A stretch of DNA of 63,398 nt, counting the filler, from Reticulomyxa filosa (Eukaryota; Protista; Foraminifera), in the NCBI GenBank assembly GCA_000512085.1. It is 28 parts of 28 records of this genome, joined end to end, with 100 filler letters (N's around TTAATTAATTAA, not from the genome) between each part and the next. Parts side by side here need not be neighbours in the genome. Positions count along the whole stretch, not along the records: positions 36,898 to 38,259 come from ASPP01033918.1; positions 38,360 to 39,541 come from ASPP01007280.1; positions 39,642 to 40,732 come from ASPP01024263.1; positions 40,833 to 47,892 come from ASPP01021493.1; positions 47,993 to 49,229 come from ASPP01009812.1; positions 49,330 to 50,575 come from ASPP01026265.1; 22 more parts are not named here. One strand, written 5' to 3'. Below are positions 36,898-49,429 of the stretch, piece after piece. Under the pieces are notes generated by a model that did not search any database, was not told the origin of the DNA, and was given only the letters and a program-made list of their open reading frames with translations. The stretch's first letter is position 1; every line of letters begins with the position of its first letter. The translations under genes and the position numbers were made by a program.

Positions 36898-37420
36898 CAT
36901 TTGACTGTGTCGTCCGTGGCATTGGCCAAAAAGTCATTCAAACACGAGTTGAACCGTTCCTTTTATATATGTATACATGTATTATATCTGTACATATTTT
37001 TGTCATTTATTCATTTGAATAAACAAAATAAATCATAAGTTATAAATTATAATATCATTATTAAAATAAACCTGTCCGTCCTGCAGCTATTTCAATGAGA
37101 TCATTCACTTGCGATTTTTCAATCTTTTTAAATTCCTCTTTTTGCAACCCTTTTCTTTTTATTCCGAAATCTTGAGCCGCTCTTCCATGCTGATCCTGTT
37201 GCCCGTTCGTGGATTGTATTCTCCGTTAAAAAAATAATCAGGTCGAAATATTTTTAGATTGGAAGGGACTTTCAAAACCTTACCAATATCCTTGAGTCTC
37301 GTCCAGTTTTGCAACTAAGGTTCACTTTCCATTTTTCGATCCATCGTCCGTATTTTCGTCCCGTTCGTTGAGTTCGACGCCGACAAACTGTTCACTTTTG
37401 CAACGGTATTTGACAACATA
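36898..37420 (-). pseudogene. CAP-Gly domain protein remnant, paralog of 40130-40732
   Basis: VVKYRCKSEQFVGVELNERDENTDDGSKNGK* ...SCKTG (GVELD...GKNDG-like) and NDLIEIAAGRTG-TV, the start of a second CAP-Gly. Exon and intron DNA are clearly homologous to 40130-40640. Confidence 0.65.
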
Positions 37421-38401
37421 AAACCCTAAACAGTTTCAATCCAAAATGTTCTTATAAAATAATGTGTTCCCCCCCAAAAAAGGTGTGTTTCTGACAAGTT
37501 GCTGTATACGTTATTTCCCCTCCTTTGCACCTACTTTTGCATCATCGACGCAAAAAAAAAAAATTGTATTTGTCAATCCGATCCTCACCCCTGGAATGTT
37601 CAGAAATTTTAATTTGTCAAATATTTTTGTTGCAATTGTAACAAGTCGCTTTTTTTTTAGTGCTGATGAAGATTTACACACCCAATATCATCGAATTGAT
37701 TGTGTATACATTTACCTGTAGTTTTTTCTCTGTTTTCTCGTGTCGGTATCACACCTTTTTTCCATTGATGATATTCCAAAACAGGATATCTTCTCTTGAC
37801 TGTGAAGATAAATGTACAACATCAACCTGAATGTTGCCAATGTCAGAAGATATCACAATAAGCAAGTGTGCTTGTTTTGGGCGTACACTGGTTGTTTTCT
37901 TTCTTTTTCGGCAGCTGTTGCATTTTGCAGAGGAATACATTAGTGAAAAAACTCTCCATGTTGTCTACGTTTGGCTTGTTAGGCTGTTTGAAGAGAGAAG
38001 AGTTAAAACCACATTCGTGAAGCACAAGAGAACTTTTTCTAAAAAGGGAAAACTTTTTTTTTAATAGAAAAATCATTACTTAAGGAAAAATAATGAATCA
38101 TTCCAAAAAAACAATTTTGATTTTCAATTATCTATAATTTTTTTTTTTAATCACAATTGTAGAAATACTATACAAAAATTTTAGCAGTTATTTTTTCAAA
38201 TTTTTGTAAAAAATGTGAAAATATTCCAAAAAATTACAAATTTGCATTTTTTTTGCAGANNNNNNNNNNNNNNNNNNNNNNNNNNNNNNNNNNNNNNNNN
38301 NNNTTAATTAATTAANNNNNNNNNNNNNNNNNNNNNNNNNNNNNNNNNNNNNNNNNNNNTATATGTATACGTATATGTATACGTATATGTATATGAAGTA
38401 G

Positions 38402-39498
38402 TAAACTTTTTCCAAATTGCCAACGATACTGAGAACGGAAGTGTCCAAAAATTGAGCAAACTCTTTCTGATTCTGTAAAGTTTCTTCGATCATTTGATGG
38501 ACTAGTTCCATCGCAAATGTGAAGTTTGGCATGAACTCTAATGTGGAGTACCTTTTTCGACGACAAAAAAAAAAAAAATTCTTTCAAATTGATGTTTTTT
38601 TTTTTGTTTGTTTGTTTTATTAATTTAAAAAAAAAAAAGATACATATTATGTAAAATTATTTGTATTGAATTGAAAATAGTAAACTCTTTTTTTGATTTT
38701 TGCAAAAGTCTGACGGTTTCGTCGCATTGTCTGATTTGTTCTTTGGAGAACAGTTTGATGGCGTGAGCAAAGGACTTTAAGCACTCGGTGCCATGTCGCA
38801 TCTGTGCGAGCAGCGCTTCGATATTGCAATGACTTAAAAAGGTGACACTCACGTTATCTTTTTTTTCTTCGTGTGATTGCTGTTGTTGATACGACTGCGA
38901 CGGGATGATTGTTGTTGTTGTTGTTGCAGTTGCTATTGCTGTCGTTGTTGCTGTCGTTGTTGTCGTCGTCGTCGTCGTCGCAGTGAATCTGTTGTGTTGT
39001 CCCCTCCCGACGGCGTTGTCGTGGTGGGACCGACATTTGCAAAAGTTTGGTCCAAACTCATTTGCAAAGGATTCAAAGCCGCGAGTTCGGGATCGCTGAG
39101 TGCGTTATACGTAGGATCGAGCTTCCGTTGTCTTTGCATGTCCAAGTCGTTGCCTGGCGTAGTAATGGTCGGAGGGGTCATTGTCAGAGAAGGGGACGAG
39201 GAGGAGAATGCGAGAGGAGAGATATTGTCGTTGTCCTTTTCTTCGTCCTCACCTCGCGCGTTTTGCAGCTGCGCTTTGATCGTCGACCTCGCTTCTTGCT
39301 TCTTCCCCAACGATGTCTCCACACGTGGCTTCACTATGCCCGGGTGCGACTGCATGCGACTGTACAACCGTGACGAACTCCCGTGTGGAGACGCTCGGCT
39401 CGCACTGCTTATCGATGGGGGCAATGGTGGCGCTTTGTAATCGTGTGTCGATATACGGATATTCGCTGCTGTTCGTGGTGTTGCTGCACCGGCTTTCA

Positions 39499-39500
<2 letters not shown>
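38402..39500 (-). CDS. Possible F-BAR/FCH-like helical domain after a low-complexity N-terminal region; fragment
   Basis: IEALLAQMRHGTECLKSFAHAIK...RLLQK and, in the next exon, FAMELVHQMIEETLQNQKEFAQFLDTSVL resemble F-BAR helices 1-3. The frame shifts within the (GTT/GTC)n tract at 38908-38980. Confidence 0.35.
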
Positions 39501-39536
<36 letters not shown>

Positions 39537-40129
39537 CTTTTNNNNNNNNNNNNNNNNNNNNNNNNNNNNNNNNNNNNNNNNNNNNTTAATTAATTAANNN
39601 NNNNNNNNNNNNNNNNNNNNNNNNNNNNNNNNNNNNNNNNNTTTTGAAACTAACAGAAGAACTGATGACAATGACAACAGATTCTGAGAGTTTTGCGCAG
39701 GTTGACTTTGACGACGATAACAATGACGTGAATGAGCCCTCGATGATCTGGCCAGTGCAATATCGTCAAAGGAATCCTATAATAACATATACTATTCAAC
39801 AACTTGTGACTATGTCGTTAGTGAATCGAGTTGAATTGACTAATAATAAAGAAAAGATTATTTTTTTTTAAACATGCATGCCTATGTTATATTGCAATCC
39901 AGAATCTCTTATTTGATGACTGAACGAAAAAGAAAAAGATACTTTGAGTGTAAACCGCGATGATGTTGACTCAATAGTGAAAATGTGCATGCACAGAAGT
40001 GCTGATGTAGGCAGCATTATCGTGTTGAAGAATGGATTGAAAGAGTTGAGATCTTTTAAAGGGGGGGGGGGGGGGGGGGAGGGGCACATTATTTTGTAAA
40101 AACGTTTTGGATTGAAACTGTTTAGGGTT

Positions 40130-40732
40130 TTTAGGTCGTCAGATACTGTGGCAAAGGTAAAATGTTTATCGGTGTGGAATTCAACGAATGGGACGAAAAT
40201 GCGAGCGATGAATCGAAAAATGGAATGCGGTACTTTAGTTGCAAAATCGAATGAGGACTCAAAGATATTTGGCAAAGGTTTTGAAGGGTCCCTTTCCGAC
40301 CTAAAAGTATTTCGATTTGAATTTTCTGTTGAACGAAAAATGCCATCCACGAACAGGCAACAGGATCGACATGGAAGAGCAGCTCGAGATTTTGGAAGAA
40401 AAAGAGAAGGAGGAATGGAGTAAAATGATTGGAAAAATTTCAAATGAATCATCTGTTGAAATATAGCTGCAGGACGAACAGGTTTATTTTAATAATAATT
40501 TATGATTTTGTTTATTCAAATGAATAAATGACATAAAAAAAAATAATGTACACATATAATACCTTGAATACATATACGTACATGTATATGTGTGTATATG
40601 TATGTATATATGAAAGGAGCGGTTCGATTTATTTCATCAAATGAAACCAATAGCAATGGAAGCATTAGAATCGAGTTAGATAAAGAAAGGATTACTCAGC
40701 AAACTGGTAAGGACATTCTTATTGTGACAATG
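40130..40732 (+). pseudogene. Tandem CAP-Gly domain protein remnant
   Basis: VVRYCGKGKMFIGVEFNEWDENASDESKNGMRYFSCKIE* (CAP-Gly GVELD...DG...GxRYFxC), then AAGRTG-AVRFIS...IRIELDK. In-frame stop at 40252-40254. Confidence 0.68.
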
Positions 40733-43097
40733 NNNNNNNNNNNNNNNNNNNNNNNNNNNNNNNNNNNNNNNNNNNNTTAATTAATTAANNNNNNNNNNNN
40801 NNNNNNNNNNNNNNNNNNNNNNNNNNNNNNNNGATGAAGATTCTCAAGCATAAAAATAAAAATTTACGCTCAATAATACATAAATGTGATAAAGCTATTC
40901 ATTTTTAAAACAGCCTGAATAATTATAACTGTTGACACGAGGGACTAAAAAACCTTTTTTTGGATATACTGTCAGTGTCTTTATCGTTGATTAATCATAA
41001 GTTTTGAATTCTCTGCTTAATATTGGTTTTTTTTCTTGATTATTTTATTTTTATTTTATTATTTGTCTTCACTCTGTAAAATTTGTCCTTGCAACAGACC
41101 GACTTGTTGAAAGCGCAAGAAATGTTGAACAAAGTTGACTAACCACCTGAAGAAAAGACTAGTTTTGTATCTTTCATTCGTTGACCAAACGTGAATAAAT
41201 AGTACAATTATAAATATGAATTTGCTTGTTAAAATATGAAATGAATGGCAACAGTAAATTAAAGAAGCAATTGGGTCCAAATCTGACGATGAAAAAAATA
41301 ACAATGTGGAAATCAAACTACAGATAATAAGCAACAAACAATTTTGGAACCTGTCAAGGTTGCGTTTTAACTTTTTTAAAAAACAAAATTTAACAATGTG
41401 ATCTCTTTTGTTTTCTTGGAGATAAAACAGAAAATAAAGTTGAAATCCAAAAGGTTCAACAAACCGTAGTTAACTGGAAAAAGAACAAAGATAAAATTGC
41501 TTAACAAAAAAAATCAAAACTAACTCTTTCAAAAAAATTAAAAATCATAAGTTCTTAATTAATCTTATAAGTGATTAAGTTCCCTTTTTTTCATCCAGTT
41601 TATATCTCGAAAACTTGTCGAATACTAAAAGTGATTATCAGTGTATTAGAATAGTTTTAAAAGTTAGAATAGTTAGAAGAGCTTGAAGAACTGTAATAAT
41701 TGTAAGAATTGACAATCATGTTTTCACATACAAAAACTGTCCTTCCTAAAAAAAAACGAAAATTAAATATTTAAATGAAAAAAAAAGAAATATAATTAAC
41801 TTGTTAAAGGGCCACTAACACGACCAAACCAAAAATGTAGCTAACAGCTTAATGTAAATAATTGAGTATGTTAGGTCTTTATTAAAATTAGCAGCATATA
41901 ACATCGAAGCGATACTTACACTTTGGACAAGTATAATTCTACAATAGTAACAGCAATTTGAATGCTGATACCTGGAGATCATTTCATTTTTATATGTCTT
42001 AGTTTGAACACATGTTAACCAGTTAAAAACTAGTGAAAATCTATCAAAAAATTCATTCTTTGAACTTAAAAATTTTGATTTAATCACATTATAAAATTGT
42101 CAGCATTGAAAGTATTTCTTTTGTTTGTATTTGCTTCTTGTTTTATTCAAACTTTCTATTACATAGTAATTGAAAATCTTTCATTTATTTCAACTTTTTT
42201 ACGTTATATTTATTGACTCTTTTAAAGTAAGTTATGAAACAACTAAAATGAATTAAAAAGAATTCTTGATTTTTTATAGCATTAATGTCACTATATACAT
42301 ATGTGACAAAAGTATTTTGTAATAAAATAAGGAAAAATAAGCATTTCTTTCAAACTCTTTTGAAAACATATACAATTTTTTTGTTAATTACATCATCTTG
42401 CAAGCAATCCAAATTTTATTTTGATTTTTCCACGAAAATAGGTTTGAAGACAATGGATGCTTTTGTAAGCAAAGTGGCAAACAGCATGTTATGAAAAAAT
42501 TACCATTCAATGAATTTAAAAATATGACAATGTTAGGACTACTTTGTCAAAACGCAAAAACAGTGAAAGTGTTAATGTCGCAGCCTTATCGTTGGCAAAA
42601 AAAATTCTATAACAAAAATGTAACACAAAGTGTATGCTAATCAATAAAAGTGATGAATAATAATAATAAATGTTTGAAACATAAAATAGTGACTGGAAGG
42701 AATTTTTCTAAGAATGGCGTTTCAAAATCAGTACCAAAGGAAAGTCAAAATGTTAAAAAATATTTTTTCAAATTGTAAAAGGAAAAAATTGTGGAACATA
42801 GAATGACTTTATTTAAAAGACAGTATCATATTTAAAATTTCAACATTTGTAGTTCTTTTTTTGATTGATTATTTGGTTTTCATGGAGAAAATCAATCATC
42901 TTCATAAAGTAACAATTTAGATTTCATATTTTTTTTTTGCAAACTACTGTAGTTTTTGTTACGTGCTGTTGGCCCACGAGGCATTGTCAAGAGATTAGCC
43001 ATTGGCACATGAAATGAATATTTATTGACTTATTTGTCAGTTATACCCACATATTTGAATAGATTTCTTTTTAGATAAGAACAAAAAAAACTAAAGA

Positions 43098-44010
43098 TCA
43101 ATCAGCGAGAGAATCAAACCACAAATTATAAACAGCATATTGAAACAAAAAGTGTACGTTAATATTATCTTTGGCAGAAGTTTCAATATAACAAAGCTTA
43201 TTTTGTTTACAAAAGTCAATAGCCTTGTCCAAGTTGTGTTTGTTCTTTGCAAAGTCATGTCTCAAATCATTTTTTGTCGCTGCAACAAGTACCGTGCCTT
43301 TTTTGACACGACGAACGACTGAGAAATAAGGTTCAATGGCCTCCTCCGGTGAATACGGTCCACTTATATTATATACAATGATCACACAGTCACTCTCACG
43401 AACCCATTGCTCTAGCATCGAAGGGTATTCCTCTCTTCCAGCGGTATCTAAAACGTCAAGAAAACAAGAAGTTCCTTCACACAATGTTAAATTTTTTCGA
43501 TACGAATCTTCAATTGTTGGATCGCATTCGTCCATAAAGGTATCTGTCACCAATCGAAGCACGAGGTTTGACTTGCCAGAGCCTCCATATCCCATTATTG
43601 TCATTCTTATATCTTTTTTTGCTCTATTCGACCATATATGTGTATTATACGTAAGTTGGAAGAGGGGAGGGGGGGAGAGGAAAAAAAAGATGTGTTTCAT
43701 TTATACATCGTAACTTGATCCATTCTGAAGGTATATAATAGTTCATTGAAAGTGTGTTGTCCTTATTAATATCACAAAGAGTTGGATATGTTAGGCGATA
43801 ATATGCTCGATAGTCGTCATATTCACCAATTATTGAGAAAAATAAGCTTAGCACGTCTTGCAAGTTGTAACGGAAAAACTCCTCCTTCACTATCGCTTTA
43901 TGCTCATCTGTGAAGTTCCAACCTGTCGACCAATGTTGCAAATGTAAAGAAAATTCTGATTTTTTCCGCTCATTAGGATCTTTTAACTTTTTTGTGGATT
44001 TATTGCCCAT
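43098..44010 (-). CDS. Atypical Ras-family small GTPase with ~100-aa N-terminal extension, two exons
   Basis: G1 GYGGSGKS, effector loop DPTIEDSYRK, G3 LDVLDTAGREEY, G4 TKND, G5 ETSAK. The upstream exon begins MGNKST (ATG 44010), an intron at ~43623-43714 can join it in frame, and the protein ends WFDSLAD* without CAAX. Confidence 0.9.
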
Positions 44011-45787
44011 GTGTCTCTCTCCTAGCGTTCCCTTGCTAAAAAAAAGCAACACAATTCTTTGTGCAAATAAGTGTGGTGAGTTTACAATTCTACAATAGTT
44101 CAATTTTAGATTAACCGTTCATTAAACTTTTTGTATTGCAAAAATTTGTTAATATAACAATTTTAATTGAGAATCATGCCCTTTTCCGCTTCTTTCAATA
44201 TTCTTCAAAAAAAGACATTTACATTTACTCGTGTAAAAAATTTTGTGTCAAAATTGGATATAATTTTTAAAACAACTAACTTGTGACTGATAAAAGTCTA
44301 TTGTAAAATTATTTAAAAAGAGTGTCCTGCATGTACAATAATCATTATATTTAATGTTATATTTTCATTTAGAATATCCACTCGAATAAATGTGAAAAAA
44401 TAATAAACATACAAATGAAATACACTTTACTCATGCAATAATATTTTTCACTCCAAAACAATAAACCTATTTTAAAATATAAATATATGTCCGGCTCCCC
44501 AAAAATTATCACTTGTATCACACGTTTTATAAATACAGTTTATAGTATTTGAAGTTAAAGAGCATATCCATTATGTGTTCGATCAGAATACATTGAAATT
44601 CATAATTAAAAAGATAAATTGGCGAAAGTAGTAAATTTCTTCAGTTTTTTAGTTTTGCTTTGAAAGATCTATTTAATAAATAATATCAATTATCGAGTTG
44701 AGCGGCAACCAAGAAGAAAAGTAAAATTCAATTTTCGAACTCCAAAGACATTTTCAAACAAGAAAATTAATTTTTTTCATTTTGTCTCATATGTAGTAAC
44801 AAAAATTAGAAGTTGTAGGGCAAGTCCATGCTATAGACAGCTGACTCTGAAAGAGTTTAATAGCACAGTAGGTTAAACTTCTCCAACTTTTTCACTCTTT
44901 ATTTGTTTTCTTTCTTTTATTGTGTCACTCATCTTTTATTTATTTAATTTACTTTTGTTTTGCCGAAAACTGGTCTCTTTTTGAGTAAACCTTTTCGTAT
45001 TACATTTGGTGCAGTCTCTTATCAGCAGCGGACGTCCCACAAAGTAGTGAATATCACATGTAGAATTCATGGAAAACTACATTTGTCAATTCTTTCTTAT
45101 ACAGTCTTCGAAGAATAGATCTTTTACATATTTTGTACTTTTACACTTCACTCGCTCCGATTAATACAAATTTTTGACAATAGACTTCAAGCCTTCAAAA
45201 AAAAGAGATTAAATAAACTCGATAATGGCTTTCAAAGTTCAACATATTTGTGGAAGAATTGGATTTATTAAAAATGATCATGTATTAAGAATCTTCTAAA
45301 CACAACAAATGTGTAAAATTTCTGTTGCAGTTAATCCCTTGCTATAATAAACAAAATATAATTTTCTCAAATTAAATCTTTGTAGCTGTGCTTCTTTTTT
45401 GTGAAACTTTTCAAAAGTTTAAGTAGAACCATACACACCAACACAACAACAATACCTATACTAATAGCCAAAGCAGGATCAATTTTACAACTGTATGAAA
45501 TTTTTTTTTCTCAGCTTCGTGTTTCATGTTAAATTTTCGCCCTTCATTGTAAACTCGGAACTTGCTCTTGTAAACACGCAGAACACTCAAAAAAAAGGAG
45601 CCAAAGCAGTCAATAAATTTTTTGTTTTGTGTTTTTTGCTACGAAACGGTGAACAATGAAAAATTCAAGAAGTGCATTTAATGCTCAGCCATTTGGAGCT
45701 TCAAATGTATTATGAGAGTGACTTGTGCAAAAAGACTCTTTTTTTTACGTGCTTCTCAACATGAAAGTGTGACCATAAAAAAAAAAG

Positions 45788-46919
45788 ATGACGAGCAACA
45801 GTCAATGGACATTTGATGGAGAGGACAGCATTTTTCCACAACCAGTCTCTCGTCATAACTTAGAACAAGCAAAAATTGAGGCATTGTTAAGTGGGAACGG
45901 ATATTATTTATTAGAAACGGACTTATTGTTTTTGTGCTAAATCCGTTCCTCATTAAAAAACAGTCTTGAATATCCTGACCCCGTTCCATTTTCACCTGCG
46001 CCAAAGTCAGCAGTGAAATCAAGTGATTCCAATCACAATGAAATCGAGAATCAATTATTCCGCTCCTTTTCAACATTTAGCGTGTCATCTCCAGGTGAGC
46101 TATAGATGTTTGAATACACATTTTTGTTTGGTGCACAAATATTTTTTTAAAAAAACACAATATTCCGTGTCAATTAAAAAATAAAACGAATAGCCGACGA
46201 CGATGAAACAAATAGAACGAAGAGCAACTTTCCTAAAAAGGAAAGTAAAAATTTGAATGACATATGGTGTAGTAGTGAATGGGACGCTGTAACAAAGGAA
46301 AATGTGAACCCACATGACAACGTGAAAAACAATAAACAAGACGAAAGTAAACTTGAAACTGAACACGATAAACACGATGAGCATGATAATGTTGAAGAAA
46401 ATTGTGTGGATTACAATCTCAAACCGATTATTCATTTGACTGAACAAACACAAGTCTCAAGTGGTACTGAAGATGAAACTCAAATCCATCAATTGTTTAG
46501 TGAAATTTTTTTTATTATTATTATTTTATAAAATTAAAAGTTAACAAAATTAAAAAAAAAATAGTTCAGTGAAAAAATTATATCGATGGAGCAAAGACAC
46601 AACCGGTGAGCAAGGATGGAAAACACGTGCTATAGAAAGTGTTATTGAATTGTGGAAAAGCAATACAACTGGACGATTGAGAATGATTTGTAGAGAAAAT
46701 TTGACTGGCAAATTACGACTCAATCAAAATGTTGGAAAAGATATTGTTGTTACTGAAAAACCGTCTTTCCATTGCCAATGGTCTGCTTTTGATGCCACCA
46801 TTGCACAAGAAAATGGTTGTCAAGGTTTTTCCATGTGGCTGGCCAAATTTACTGATGTTGATACATCTAAAGCCTTCCAGCGTGTATTGTCATCGTTGAT
46901 TTCTTCTCAATCCAAATAA
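45788..46919 (+). CDS. Ran-binding domain (RanBP1/Yrb1/Nup50-like) protein, multi-exon
   Basis: LKPIIHLTEQTQVSSGTEDE...KLYRW...GWKTRA...GRLRMICRENLTGKLRLNQ...QWSAFD...LAKF matches RanBD. Intron 46495-46564 joins in frame. The 5' exons and start codon are less certain. Confidence 0.82.
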
Positions 46920-47992
46920 TTTATGTTATTTATTTTAATTGTTTATTCTATTTATTTAATTCTATTTTTGTGATTGTCTTGACTTGCAAAGTTTGAACAG
47001 CAAAAGGATTGTCTATATTTTTGTATGGATTTCAGCTTGTGCAAATGTCTATTGTTTGACCTCCCATTTTGCAAAAAGTTTTCAGTGTTTTTTAAAAGTT
47101 CCGATTCACTTGTTCATAATTTAGACAATACTCAATCCTTTTTTAAAAATAAGAAGAAATTCTACCAATTTCAAATAACCCTGTATTGCATGTTCTTTTG
47201 TTGCACAATTTGATTGAATTGTGGAAAGAAAAAAGTGCTCAAATTAATTAAAGCTTGCTAATTGTAAATAATATGTTTGAAGATTGGCAGTTTGTCATTT
47301 TGTAGAAAGAAGCTATCTTGCTTTTATTTTCAAACACAACAGTCAGAAAAAGTTAAAAAAGACAAAAATCATTCGGAACAAAAAAAATACGAAACAAAAA
47401 CGTAAACAAATAAACGTTGTGCCAGGTTGTTTTTTTACGATATTTGGTTGATGAGCAAAGACTTGTTTGTACTCGTTTCTCAAATGGTCATGTATGTCAT
47501 TACACGAATGTAAAAAAAAAAAAAGAAAAACCAAACATTTGATACACAAAGAAATTTTACCAAACAAACAGCACATTACATTTTACATTATTTTCTCGCA
47601 AGATGTTGAAATGTGTCCAACAAACATAGTGATGATGAAGATGAAGAAAAAAGAAAGAAAAAAGATACTAAGCACACGAATCAACAATCTTTGCAAATAT
47701 TTCCCCTTCCTCCCTCCTTTTTTTTTTTTTGCACAAACGCAATTCAACTTGTATTAATTCAAAAAAAAACAAAAACCCAACAACAACAAAAAAAAAAAAT
47801 TAGAATTAGTAAAACGAAAGAACAAAGATAAAAAAAAAAGCAACAAACAACAAGCAGCAAGTAATTCAACAATTTTCATCGAATTGATTAAANNNNNNNN
47901 NNNNNNNNNNNNNNNNNNNNNNNNNNNNNNNNNNNNTTAATTAATTAANNNNNNNNNNNNNNNNNNNNNNNNNNNNNNNNNNNNNNNNNNNN

Positions 47993-48010
47993 TCATCATC
48001 AACATCATCG

Positions 48011-48041
<31 letters not shown>

Positions 48042-48332
48042 GTCGTCGTCGGATGCTTCTATCAACTTGTATTGGATGCTGCTGCCTTGGACACTGCTTC
48101 TTGTCGTGCTCGTCTATCTGTGGTGGAGGATCAGATGGGCCGATGACATCACCGGCAGTGTACGTGAGTGTGTCCTCACCGCCGTTACTACGTTCTGTCT
48201 CGGCTTCATTTGGACCTTTTTGTGGATTTGGTACCAGCTCCATCGCTCTTCGGCTCTCTCTTTCTTCCATAATTCCTCGCAATTCTTTCAGTATCATTGG
48301 TCCTTGCAAGTTGTCCATTTCCTTTGTTACGT

Positions 48333-48367
<35 letters not shown>

Positions 48368-49186
48368 TTGTTGTCTTGTTTTAAGATTGTTTGATCAATT
48401 TGCACACCTGTATTACATATACATACAATACATATATATATGTAATAACAGTTGGTATGGTCGGATCCTACGTAATTGCATCCCCATTGTACTGGGTGTT
48501 CCGCTTCAATCTCCATGCGTCCAATGCAACCACTCAGCCTGCTGTCATTGACCAGTCCAGTGACGTTGTTCGCATGGACAAAAATGACTTACGGAAATTG
48601 GCTGCAAATTCAGTTCGTTAATACTTTTTTTTTTTTTTCATTTACAATAATCTGAATGATGATTGTAATGCTGGTAGGGATACCAAAATATGGGATACTT
48701 TTTTTTTTTTTTTTTTTTTTGCACATTTGGGTGTATATGCCATTACCACGTAATTTTTTTTTTTTTTATGAACCATTTGTATACATATATATATTTTGCA
48801 AAGAATGTTGCCGTCGATTGGTCTCATGTGGAAGCTTTGGAACGCATTCGTGGGAAATTGAATCGTCGCGTGGCATTGCACGAATACTTGATGAGCGAGG
48901 TGACTGACGAATACGACTTCTTTGCGTACTTTTTATCGCAATGCTTTGCAATCGAAAACTTGTCTTTTCTCGCGCATGTGCTGATCTTTCGATCGATCCT
49001 TTTGGAATTGCACTCGGACTTTACCACGAACAAGCGGTTCCGAACTGTCGACACGTTCTATCCACATATCCGAAAAGAGCTATTCAAACTCGATTTCAGC
49101 TACTTAAACGAAATTGACAGCTGCTATCGAGCTTATATCCAAGCCAATTCCATTGTTATCAAAGACCAAACTAATCTTATGTACTC

Positions 49187-49229
<43 letters not shown>
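47993..49229 (+). CDS. Membrane-anchored RGS protein (7TM-RGS-like), internal fragment
   Basis: Several hydrophobic helices (LLPWTLLLVVLVYLWW; LTAVTTFCLGFIWTFLWIW; IYVITVGMVGSYVIASPLYWVF) precede the RGS core FFAYFLSQCFAIENLSFL...CYRAYIQANS (F..FL..E.S.ENL.F...IY..YI). Confidence 0.75.
49187..49229. repeat. (CAA)n microsatellite (poly-Q) at contig end
   Basis: Direct reading. A (CAT)n tract opens the same contig at 47993-48040. Confidence 0.95.
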
Positions 49230-49429
49230 NNNNNNNNNNNNNNNNNNNNNNNNNNNNNNNNNNNNNNNNNNNNTTAATTAATTAANNNNNNNNNNNNNNN
49301 NNNNNNNNNNNNNNNNNNNNNNNNNNNNNTGCAGGTAGAGAGGCAAAAAGCAGTGCGAGTTGAGGATGAAGCGTGAGAGTAGTCCAACACTTGACACGCC
49401 CCCACTGCAACCAATCTAAAAAAAAAGGC

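Noticed and set aside
40061-40084. G20 run as a G-quadruplex regulatory element
   Set aside because: A simple intronic homopolymer of unreliable length in a decayed gene.
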